Shown piece after piece: positions 7,952 through 14,358 of a stretch of 14,358 nt of DNA (positions are counted from its first letter, which is position 1; each line of letters begins with the position of its first letter). A model generated the notes under the pieces. That model saw only the letters and a list, made by a program, of their open reading frames with translations, made no database searches and was not told the DNA's origin. The stretch is from Candidatus Hydrogenedentota bacterium (lineage in GTDB: Bacteria > Hydrogenedentota > Hydrogenedentia > Hydrogenedentales > SLHB01): positions 1 to 14,358 of the forward strand of contig JAWXCN010000205.1 of the NCBI GenBank assembly GCA_034408725.1, in the 5' to 3' direction. A program made the translations under genes and the position numbers.

Positions 7952-8467
7952 CTACCGCTCGTTTAGCCGCCGTTCCCAATCGTATTCATGTGCCGTAACC
8001 AGGTTTTCCATGCGTCTAATCCGGCGTTCCAGATTGTCGAAAGTCCGCTTTAATCGGGAAAGGGCCATGGACCGGGAACTGACGTAGGAGTCGTAGAACT
8101 CTTGTTCCGAATCTTCCTCAAACGGGACCACCGGCTCTGGTTTCATGACCAAGGCGACGATAATGTATCCGATGATGAGCGGCCAGAATCCGAATACGAC
8201 GGTGGCGACGACGGCGATAATTCGAAACGCTTTGACGGAGAAGCCGAGGTATTCGGCAACACCGCGGCACACTCCGAAAATCATTCCGTTGCGCGAGCGG
8301 TAAATCGGGCGTCCACAGGCGCTATCATAGTGCATATGGTCAGGCCGCGTGCGTCCTGTCCGTTCTTCTCGACGCATCCGCCGGGACTCCCGTTCGAGCA
8401 TTTTTGAGCGCCGCCGCACGTCACGCCAGGATTCGGTTTCGGGATCGGTGTCGCTATCGTGTCCCAC
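7952..8467 (-). CDS. pspC: Phage shock protein C
   Basis: IYRSRNGMIFGVCRGVAEYLG PspC signature, a TM segment, and a C-terminal coiled coil FDNLERRIRRMENLVT. Start reassigned to GTG 8467 (AAGGAGG SD, 4 nt after the pspB stop); the longer ORF-track version overlaps pspB. Confidence 0.9.
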   Translation of the reverse strand: MGHDSDTDPETESWRDVRRRSKMLERESRRMRREERTGRTRPDHMHYDSACGRPIYRSRNGMIFGVCRGVAEYLGFSVKAFRIIAVVATVVFGFWPLIIGYIIVALVMKPEPVVPFEEDSEQEFYDSYVSSRSMALSRLKRTFDNLERRIRRMENLVTAHEYDWERRLNER

Positions 8468-8471
8468 GGTG

Positions 8472-8726
8472 TTATACCTCCTTCTTTTCCCGCTCGCGTT
8501 CGAGCAGAAGGGTCTCGAGGGCCTCGACGCGCTCTTCCATCTTGAGCAGTCCGTGATAGACGTCCTGGATGAGTTTTGCTTCGTCAATGTTGCTCGCCCG
8601 GCTACCCGGTTCGTTTGATCCAAAGATTGTCTTCACGATTCTGAGAACGATGACAAGCCCAATCGTTCCGAACACGCACAGTATCGCCACGATGGGAATC
8701 ATGACAGCAATTGCGCCTACGTCCAT
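8472..8726 (-). CDS. pspB: PspB-like membrane protein
   Basis: N-terminal TM plus C-terminal coiled coil KMEERVEALETLLL (PspB-type RxxxLExIL); immediately upstream of pspC; SD GAGGAGG. Confidence 0.75.
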   Translation of the reverse strand: MDVGAIAVMIPIVAILCVFGTIGLVIVLRIVKTIFGSNEPGSRASNIDEAKLIQDVYHGLLKMEERVEALETLLLEREREKKEV

Positions 8727-8781
8727 AAAGTTGCTCCCTCCTCGAACACTCCCGTGCTCGAAACCGAAACGGTATTCTTAT

Positions 8782-9096
8782 CTATCTAAACCGCGAATCG
8801 CGGTCCAGCATCAGCGTCTCAAGCGAGTTGAGCCGGTTTTCCATGCGCGCGAGTCCCCGGTACACGTTTTGCATAACGCGGGCTTCTTCAGGGGCATTCC
8901 GGCGCGCGCGCCGGGCAGATGGCAGACCGAGCAGCCACACGACTACCATGACAATTAACAGAGGTATGCCAAAAATCGCGAACAACCAGGCCGCGCACAG
9001 CACGAAATAGATTGCCACTGGAACGATGATACCCAGAACAAGGCTGGCAATGAGCGCGAACACCGCGGCAATTATCGAGAGTATTCCAGAAATCAT
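8782..9096 (-). CDS. Second PspB-like protein with a long N-terminal hydrophobic region (probably 2 TM)
   Basis: About 57 hydrophobic residues, then EEARVMQNVYRGLARMENRLNSLETLMLDR, which aligns without gaps to DEAKLIQDVYHGLLKMEERVEALETLLLER of the adjacent PspB. Confidence 0.7.
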   Translation of the reverse strand: MISGILSIIAAVFALIASLVLGIIVPVAIYFVLCAAWLFAIFGIPLLIVMVVVWLLGLPSARRARRNAPEEARVMQNVYRGLARMENRLNSLETLMLDRDSRFR

Positions 9097-9117
9097 GTAG
9101 CAGCCCCTTTCCCGGTC

Positions 9118-9597
9118 CTAGTCAAACTCGGCCATGCGCCGTTCGCGCTTGCGCAGAATGCGGCGCGCGCCGCACTCGATGGATCGCTTGCCCGGATTGA
9201 ACGCACTGGAGGCCTGAAAGGCGAGTGCGATGCCCCAGCCAATCATCGGGTACACAAACCAGACATCGTCAATGCCCGTCATGAAATTCAAGAGCATCAA
9301 CGCGCCGTTGATTATTAAATATGCGCGAAGGTGCCTGTAGAACCTTTGCTTGCGTTCCGCTTTATATTCTTCGCAGGCGGATTCGAAGGCGCCGAACTTC
9401 CGTTGTTCGCGAATCGCACGTTCGACTTCTCTCGGGTCCAATCCGAGTTCGCGCGCGGTATCGATGAGTTCGTCACGGGTGATTTCGCCGGAGTCGCGTT
9501 TGCGGTTCAATGCGCGCCGCAAGATAGCTTCGACTTCGCCGACGGTGAACATCGTCTCGCGTTCGGCTTGACGTTCTGTGCGGTATTCGTTTGGCAT
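9118..9597 (-). CDS. 2TM-domain membrane protein with N-terminal helical domain
   Basis: FYRHLRAYLIINGALMLLN...WFVYPMIGWGIALAFQA is typical of the 2TM domain. N-terminal EVEAILRRAL...ELIDTARELGLDPREVERA is helical. AAGGA upstream. Confidence 0.78.
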   Translation of the reverse strand: MPNEYRTERQAERETMFTVGEVEAILRRALNRKRDSGEITRDELIDTARELGLDPREVERAIREQRKFGAFESACEEYKAERKQRFYRHLRAYLIINGALMLLNFMTGIDDVWFVYPMIGWGIALAFQASSAFNPGKRSIECGARRILRKRERRMAEFD

Positions 9598-9626
9598 ATC
9601 CGCGGTTTCCTTTTGCGCGTTTACAT

Positions 9627-9663
9627 CCCCCTAAATCCCCCTTCAAAGGGGGACTTTAGGAGG
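9627..9663. repeat. REP-like palindromic element between pspA and the 2TM gene
   Basis: CCCCCTAAATCCCCCTTCAAAGGGGGACTTTAGGAGG: TCCCCCT/AGGGGGA stem extended by CCTAAA/TTTAGG, with one bulged C. Confidence 0.65.
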
Positions 9664-9693
9664 CCACTGAATGTCGGTCGTCTGCTTGGAGGT

Positions 9694-10356
9694 TCAGCCT
9701 TGCTTCTTTGCCTTTAGTTCCGCGAGCTGTTTTTCGATCTCTTCGTCGCCCGCGAGTTTTGCGAATTCTTCTTCGAGTGTGGCCGTTTTTTTACCGAAGT
9801 TCACGAGGTCCGCTTCGGCTTCCATGCGCTCGATGCGCTGCTCGAAACTTTCAAATCGCGCCATCGCTTCGACGTTGTCGTTCCTGCGAACATTTTCCTG
9901 CGTCTGGCGCCGCTTCTGGGCGGCGACGTGACGCTGTAGCAGCACGCGCTGCTTTTCGCGGGCGGACGACAACTTGTCCTCAAGCTGCATTATATCCTGC
10001 TGGTACTGTTCCACAAGCCCGTCGCAATGGGAAAGTTCGCGTGAAATCGCGTCGGACCTGTCGCGGAAGCGGCGCTTTTCGAGCAAGGCTTCGCGGGCGA
10101 GGTCTTCGCGGCCCTTGTCTACGGCCAACTGGGCCTTGCCGGCCCAATCCTGTTCGCGCTTGGATACTTCGTCGGACTCGCGCTGAATCTTCTTTTTTGT
10201 GGCCATCGCGCCCGCGCACGACGCCTTTACTTCGACGAGCGTGTCTTCCATTTCCCGGATCATCAGCTTGATCATCTTTTCGGGGTCTTCAGCCTTTTCG
10301 ATCATTGAGTTGATGTTCGAGCTGATGATGTCGCGCACGCGTGTGAAAATACCCAT
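9694..10356 (-). CDS. pspA: Phage shock protein A (PspA/IM30, ESCRT-III-like)
   Basis: MGIFTRVRDIISSNINSMIEKAEDPEKMIKLMIREMEDTLVEVK, GREDLAREAL, FESFEQRIERMEAEAD; 220-aa coiled coil; SD AAGGAG. Confidence 0.97.
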   Translation of the reverse strand: MGIFTRVRDIISSNINSMIEKAEDPEKMIKLMIREMEDTLVEVKASCAGAMATKKKIQRESDEVSKREQDWAGKAQLAVDKGREDLAREALLEKRRFRDRSDAISRELSHCDGLVEQYQQDIMQLEDKLSSAREKQRVLLQRHVAAQKRRQTQENVRRNDNVEAMARFESFEQRIERMEAEADLVNFGKKTATLEEEFAKLAGDEEIEKQLAELKAKKQG

Positions 10357-10383
10357 TGTATGAGCTCCTTAAACCTTGAATAC

Positions 10384-10860
10384 CTATACGTTTCCAGCCA
10401 GAACATCCGCTCCGGCCCGTCCCGGGATGGCTGCCGTAAATGGCCGGATTGTCCAGGCCGCGCGCACGGGATTTCCCGACGGTTGGGGCATGTCCAAAAC
10501 TCCCGAAGCAGCGATTGCGTGGGTGACCAAAGTTGAAATCGTGGTAATCGCGTCCGGTTCGTCATAAATGACCCGAACGCCTGCGACAAAGCGTTGGCCT
10601 CGCTTTTCCGGGTTACACCAGACGATTTGACCTTTAAGCTCGACGGGCTTTCCTGCCGATCGTACCTCGTCGGTGTTCAGCAGTACGTGGGTGCCAGGCC
10701 GAAGGTATCGGCCCATGTGGAGCCGCAGGCCGCCGCGGCTTACGTCCGCCGCGATTGCGGTCCCTGGATTGCCCGCCCCGTGCCAGTACGACAAGCGCCC
10801 GCCGAACGCGACCCGCGCGAAACTTCGAGCATCGTCAAATCCTGTGCGCAACCCCGACAT
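10384..10860 (-). CDS. Stand-alone PilZ-domain protein (putative c-di-GMP receptor)
   Basis: RSFAR (RxxxR) and DVSRGG (D/NxSxxG) motifs, plus LKGQIVW and AGVRV strands. ATG 10860 preferred to TTG 10890, which would leave only about 10 nt of leader after the predicted sigma54 start site. Confidence 0.78.
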   Translation of the reverse strand: MSGLRTGFDDARSFARVAFGGRLSYWHGAGNPGTAIAADVSRGGLRLHMGRYLRPGTHVLLNTDEVRSAGKPVELKGQIVWCNPEKRGQRFVAGVRVIYDEPDAITTISTLVTHAIAASGVLDMPQPSGNPVRAAWTIRPFTAAIPGRAGADVLAGNV

Positions 10861-10910
10861 CTTTTCCGAGCTCCCATCAGTTGTAACCAATAAAGAGGCG
10901 CCGGGAGTAG

Positions 10911-10926
10911 AGCAACCGGTGTGCCA
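10911..10926 (-). promoter_or_regulatory. sigma54 (-24/-12) promoter of the pilZ-psp operon
   Basis: Minus strand TGGCACACCGGTTGCT = TGGCAC-N5-TTGCW with exact GG/GC spacing; predicted TSS near 10900. sigma54 control of pspA is established in proteobacteria. Confidence 0.85.
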
Positions 10927-10942
10927 CGTTGTTTGGGTTCGC

Positions 10943-10970
10943 GTATCCCACTGAAAGAAAATGACTTACG
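10943..10970. promoter_or_regulatory. Possible IHF-binding / bending region between UAS and sigma54 promoter
   Basis: Minus strand GTAAGTCATTTTCTTTCAGTGGGATAC has partial matches to WATCAANNNNTTR in both orientations, at the position expected for IHF. Confidence 0.3.
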
Positions 10971-11003
10971 CCGACAACCGGCCGGAAAGCGGTTGCCCGA
11001 CCT

Positions 11004-11038
11004 TATGCTTCTCAACCAAAGTGTGGTGGATTTGGCTA
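11004..11038. promoter_or_regulatory. Putative PspF-type upstream activating sequences
   Basis: TGGTGGATTTGGCTA (11024-11038) and a weaker 15-mer TATGCTTCTCAACCA (11004-11018), 5 bp apart, about 105-140 bp upstream of the predicted TSS. The first resembles the E. coli PspF UAS as recalled from memory (TAGTGTAATTCGCTA); this needs verification. Confidence 0.45.
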
Positions 11039-11117
11039 TTCCACGGTTTGCCGCGCGGTGTTTTTGAACCAGGCGCAATCGGGCTTAATTGCGAATTGAC
11101 CTTGTCCATGCAGGCAA

Positions 11118-11329
11118 GCGGCAGCTATCCGCTGCCGCCTTGGCTGTTTATCGTAGATGGTCTGCCCCTCAACACGTGCGCGCACAAAGTCCTCGCCCAT
11201 AAACAGCCAAAGCGGTGTCTGCGCTACCCGCTCCGCCACCGCAGTCCAAATAGTCCTTCTCCCAAAGACAACTTAGTCTTCCACGCAAAACCACATTTTA
11301 ACGAGAAGTCTTATTTGGACTGCGGCGGC
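11118..11329. repeat. Cluster of REP-like inverted repeats (REPIN/BIME-like)
   Basis: Hairpin GCGGCAGC-TATCC-GCTGCCGC (11118-11138). 18-bp inverted pair 11134-11151 / 11199-11216 (16/18). 18-bp inverted pair 11235-11252 / 11312-11329 (17/18), extended by CTTCTC/GAGAAG. Confidence 0.75.
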
Positions 11330-11492
11330 CTCAAAGGCGCTCCGCGCGGATTTTGGACGTCAATTGCCTCGCGCGACGCTTTGGAATATGCCCAAATCAG
11401 CGGCACTTTTCTTGGCGTCACGCCAGTTATTTCGAACTTAAGCGCGTTGACTTGGCCTTTCAACGGGTCGAGAGATACCGCGTATGTGCCCG

Positions 11493-11501
11493 TGCTATAG
11501 T
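11493..11501 (+). promoter_or_regulatory. Possible extended -10 promoter of the response regulator
   Basis: TGCTATAGT (TGn-TATAGT) 30 nt upstream of the ATG; no good -35. Confidence 0.3.
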
Positions 11502-11531
11502 CCTCGGCAGTAGCTTTGTCTGAGAGGAAGT

Positions 11532-12158
11532 ATGATGCGAATTTTGGTGGCGGAGGATGATGCGTTTTCGCGCAAGGCGTTGAGCGGGGTGCTTCAGCGG
11601 CTCGGGTACGATGTGCTGGCGGTTGAAAATGGTGACGAGGCGTGGAGCGCGTTTTGCGGGCCGGACTACCCCAGGATTGGAATTCTCGACTGGATGATGC
11701 CGGGATTGACTGGTATTGAACTCTGCCGGCGCGTCCGGACAATGCCGGAGATACAGTCCATTTACCTTATTTTGCTGACCTCCCGGTCAGGCACGGAGGA
11801 CATTGTCGAGGGACTGGAGGCCGGGGCGAACGATTATATTACGAAGCCTTTCGACGAAAACGAGTTGCTGGCGCGCGTCCGCGTAGGCGAGCGTGTGCTT
11901 GACCTCGAGCAACAACTGCACAACCGCGTCGCGGAGTTGGAAGCGGCGGCGGCGCACATCAAGTGTCTTCAGGGAATCCTGCCGATTTGCATGTTTTGCC
12001 ATCGCATCCGGGACGATGAGGAGTTGTGGCGGCGGATTGAAGAATATCTGATGCAGAATTCAGATGTGCAATTGAGCCACGGTTTATGCCCGCAGTGTTT
12101 TGAAAAAAACTATCCGGACCTGTATGCGAAGAGCCAGGAGGAGGCTTCGTCAAACTGA
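11532..12158 (+). CDS. Response regulator: receiver domain plus C-terminal Cys/His-rich domain, no HTH
   Basis: ILVAEDD, ILDWMMPG (phospho-acceptor Asp), LLTSR, GANDYITKPF; coiled linker; LPICMFCHRIRDD...SHGLCPQC tail; SD GAGGA. Confidence 0.92.
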   Translation: MMRILVAEDDAFSRKALSGVLQRLGYDVLAVENGDEAWSAFCGPDYPRIGILDWMMPGLTGIELCRRVRTMPEIQSIYLILLTSRSGTEDIVEGLEAGANDYITKPFDENELLARVRVGERVLDLEQQLHNRVAELEAAAAHIKCLQGILPICMFCHRIRDDEELWRRIEEYLMQNSDVQLSHGLCPQCFEKNYPDLYAKSQEEASSN

Positions 12159-12165
12159 CGATGCG

Positions 12166-13179
12166 CTACGATGGGGGTGCGACCGCCGCCGTTTTGTTGA
12201 TGAGCGGTGACGTTGAGGGTGTGGCGTTTGCCGTGGCCGACGCGGCGCGAATACGTTCGTCCTGTATCTGCAGCCATGCGACGGTTTCTTCCAAAACGGT
12301 CATGGTGAGTTCGTCATCGATTCCAACATGGTCCGAATCGTACACGGTGAATGTCTTGGGTTCGCCGGCGGCTTGCACGAGCGCCTTCGCGGCCTCGAAC
12401 GGAATTAGCTGATCGTGCGAGCCATTCTGAAAAAGCAGCGGGCGCGGGGCGATTTGGCTGACGTATTTCAGGGGGTCAGCGGGCGCGGTTGCAAATGCGA
12501 CGATAGATGTAGCAAGGCCGTGAAAGGTGCCGAGTTCTTTCATGGCGGCATCGCTGGCAAGCAGCAAATCAAGGTCCCCGCCGCCATACGTGAGCACTGC
12601 CGCGGGGATGCGTGGTTCAAATGCAACCGCGGTGCAACCCGTGATCGCGCCGAAGCTGGCGCCGATGAGATAGATGCGGTCTTTCGCTATGTCTTCGCGT
12701 GTTTGCAGATAATCGACAAGACGCCGGGTCTCGACTACGTTCAAGGCGAGCCGGCGGCGCAAACCCAGTAGTTGCGACACGGGGTTCTTGGATGTTAATC
12801 GGCGCTCGCCGCGCATGTATTGATCGAATGACGCGATTGCAAACCCCTTCGTTGTATAAAAGGATGCGATATCGTCCAAGAAACCTTTGCTCTGGCCTAT
12901 GCCGTGAAGGAAGATGATGCAGGGATACGGTTCGGCCACGCCCAAGGGCAAGGCGAGCAAAGTCGGCACCGTGGTGTCCGGAAGGCCTTGATAGGTCAAG
13001 TCCACGCGCGTGTATTCGGCGCGGTCTTCCGTTCCGCGTATGATCGATGACAATGGCAGCGACGCGTCGTACCCCTCGTAGAAGTTTTGATCGGCGTGAC
13101 GCTTGAACAGCGCGCCGGCCACCAATATGAGGGCCAGCGCGGCCCCGACTCCCACAATGCGTTTGCTTCGCTTCGTCAT
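12166..13179 (-). CDS. Exported or membrane-anchored alpha/beta hydrolase (esterase-like)
   Basis: N-terminal basic plus hydrophobic segment; FLHGIG; nucleophile elbow GASFG; HDQLIP (Asp) and SDHVG (His) complete a plausible catalytic triad. Confidence 0.88.
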   Translation of the reverse strand: MTKRSKRIVGVGAALALILVAGALFKRHADQNFYEGYDASLPLSSIIRGTEDRAEYTRVDLTYQGLPDTTVPTLLALPLGVAEPYPCIIFLHGIGQSKGFLDDIASFYTTKGFAIASFDQYMRGERRLTSKNPVSQLLGLRRRLALNVVETRRLVDYLQTREDIAKDRIYLIGASFGAITGCTAVAFEPRIPAAVLTYGGGDLDLLLASDAAMKELGTFHGLATSIVAFATAPADPLKYVSQIAPRPLLFQNGSHDQLIPFEAAKALVQAAGEPKTFTVYDSDHVGIDDELTMTVLEETVAWLQIQDERIRAASATANATPSTSPLINKTAAVAPPS

Positions 13180-13215
13180 CGTTCACCTTGAGGAGTAGAT
13201 GGGCATGCGGTTTAT

Positions 13216-13231
13216 TGCCAATCCACTGCCA
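13216..13231 (-). promoter_or_regulatory. Possible sigma54 promoter of the hydrolase gene
   Basis: Minus strand TGGCAGTGGATTGGCA has GG and GC at the correct -24/-12 spacing, but the -12 element is TGGC rather than TTGC. Confidence 0.3.
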
Positions 13232-13332
13232 ATAGAATTATCCCGATGCTGCGGATCCGGGCATCAGGTATTGTATCATGCAGGATAGCATGCCGTGTTT
13301 TTAAATGTTTTCCGGACGAATCGCCGATACCC

Positions 13333-13812
13333 ATGATGTACACACCAATCCTTGCCACGCTCGGTTATGTTCTTTCCGGGGACAAGGTGCTGCTGGTCCA
13401 CCGTAACAAGCGCGACAGCGATCCGCATCTGGGAAAGTACAATGGACTTGGCGGAAAATTACACGATGACGAGGATATTGTTTCGTGCATGAGACGGGAA
13501 GTGCGCGAGGAAGCCGGCATCGAATGTACCGGCATGCAACTGCGCGGGACGATTAGCTGGCCGGGTTTCGGGCCGAAAGGCGAGCATTGGTTCGGGTTTA
13601 TTTTCCGAATCGACGCGTTCGAGGGCGAGCCGTTGCGCGAAAACGATGAGGGCACACTCGAGTGGGTCGAAGTTTCGCGCATCCTCGATCTGCCGCTTTG
13701 GGAGGGCGACCGTTATTTTTTGCCACTTGTTTTTTCGGATGATCCCCGGCCGTTCCACGGCGTGATGCCATACCGCGACGGCAAGCCCGTCCACTGGTCG
13801 TACTCGCGCTAG
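13333..13812 (+). CDS. Nudix hydrolase, 8-oxo-dGTP diphosphatase-like (MutT/MutX/MTH1 type)
   Basis: KYNGLGGKLHDDEDIVSCMRREVREEAG Nudix box; EGTLEW and LPLWEGD motifs. Start at ATG 13333 or 13336 rather than 13246. Confidence 0.9.
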   Translation: MMYTPILATLGYVLSGDKVLLVHRNKRDSDPHLGKYNGLGGKLHDDEDIVSCMRREVREEAGIECTGMQLRGTISWPGFGPKGEHWFGFIFRIDAFEGEPLRENDEGTLEWVEVSRILDLPLWEGDRYFLPLVFSDDPRPFHGVMPYRDGKPVHWSYSR

Positions 13813-13861
13813 CGCAACATCACGCTTACATGGCGCCACGCTTCGTCTTTGATCTGCAACG

Positions 13862-13881
13862 CCGCCTTTCGCCAAGGGTGG
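13862..13881. terminator. Hairpin between convergent genes (possible terminator or degenerate REP)
   Basis: CCGCCTTT-CGCC-AAGGGTGG: 8-bp stem with G-U pairs; no long T-tract. Confidence 0.3.
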
Positions 13882-13956
13882 AGCGACCGCGGAGCCAGCC
13901 AAACGCTGCCTTCGGGCCAGTCCACACCCTCGTGTGTCATTGGCGCGGTTAAAATT

Positions 13957-14358
13957 CTACTGCAATGAAACCAACACCATCACCAGGCCCTTTTCACCCT
14001 TGGCCAACGGCGTCATCGCCTTGCCAATCACCGAACCGGCGGCAAGCGCGTGGTCCGTCATTTTCATGGCATGCCCAGGCAGCGCCGATGTCGTCAGCAT
14101 ATCGCCCGGCACGATTCCATCGGCCGCCGTATCCACCATGCAATACACGCGACCAGAAAGCGCGACTGGATGCGCGCCGTCGGCAAGCGTGTTCTGCTGG
14201 CCCATCAGCATGCCGGTATTGAGTCCACCTGCACCGCTGATGATACCCGCCACCGTCTCGTCGTAAGGCTTTGATGAAAGCATGAGTTGTCCCGGCTTGT
14301 CCGGATCAATGCACACCACCATCCCCGGCTCAATCTTCGTGTTGGCAACCGTGCGCAC
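13957..14358 (-). CDS. C-terminal fragment of a larger protein; domain resembles peptidase G2 / intramolecular-chaperone C-termini of fibre-like proteins
   Basis: Frame open to the right edge. IEPGMVVCID...VAGIISGAG...PVALSGRVYCMVD...IVPGDMLTTS..PGHAMK...VIGKAM...GLVMVLVSLQ pattern. N-terminus not visible. Confidence 0.6.
   Translation of the reverse strand: MRTVANTKIEPGMVVCIDPDKPGQLMLSSKPYDETVAGIISGAGGLNTGMLMGQQNTLADGAHPVALSGRVYCMVDTAADGIVPGDMLTTSALPGHAMKMTDHALAAGSVIGKAMTPLAKGEKGLVMVLVSLQ

Noticed and set aside
8468-8623. ORF-track N-terminal extension of pspC (223 aa), or a pspB-pspC frameshift fusion
   Set aside because: It overlaps pspB in another frame; pspB has its own stop and pspC has a strong SD with GTG at 8467.
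9708-10271. 187-aa antisense ORF over pspA, and similar antisense ORFs across the window
   Set aside because: Expected in GC-rich coding DNA; no motifs or translation signals.
11118-11329. Repeat cluster as a CRISPR array or IS ends
   Set aside because: The repeats are inverted rather than direct, with no regular spacers and no cas or transposase gene in the window.
10961-11500. 179-aa plus-strand ORF, and the 67-aa and 112-aa minus-strand ORFs, in the pilZ-regulator intergenic region
   Set aside because: They run through the UAS and palindromic repeats, have no recognisable motifs or clear SD, and look like chance frames.
11532-12158. Divergent regulator as PspF
   Set aside because: No Walker A, GAFTGA or HTH motif, so it cannot be a sigma54 activator.

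Overview
GC-rich bacterial chromosomal window; most genes lie on the minus strand. (1) 1-7659: 5' part of a polysaccharide (EPS/capsule) operon. In transcription order it runs GT4 glycosyltransferase, SAM methyltransferase, NAD-dependent epimerase/dehydratase, sugar-phosphate nucleotidyltransferase, secreted hypothetical protein, Wza-like export lipoprotein and Wzc-like co-polymerase, which runs off the left edge and is missing from the ORF track. (2) 7952-10926: an expanded phage-shock operon, pilZ-pspA-2TM-pspB'-pspB-pspC, behind a perfect-consensus sigma54 promoter with PspF-like upstream activator sites. No pspF lies in the window. (3) 11118-11329: a cluster of REP-like inverted repeats. 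(4) 11532-14358: a receiver-domain protein with a Cys/His tail, an exported alpha/beta hydrolase, a Nudix hydrolase, and the C-terminal fragment of a protein with a chaperone-like end domain. Best leads: a Psp operon headed by a putative c-di-GMP receptor with duplicated PspB; a Wza with three apparently nested Poly_export domains; tandem NrdR-like boxes over the polysaccharide operon promoter; and a leader ORF coupled to the first EPS gene. All family calls come from motif recognition by eye; no database search was run.
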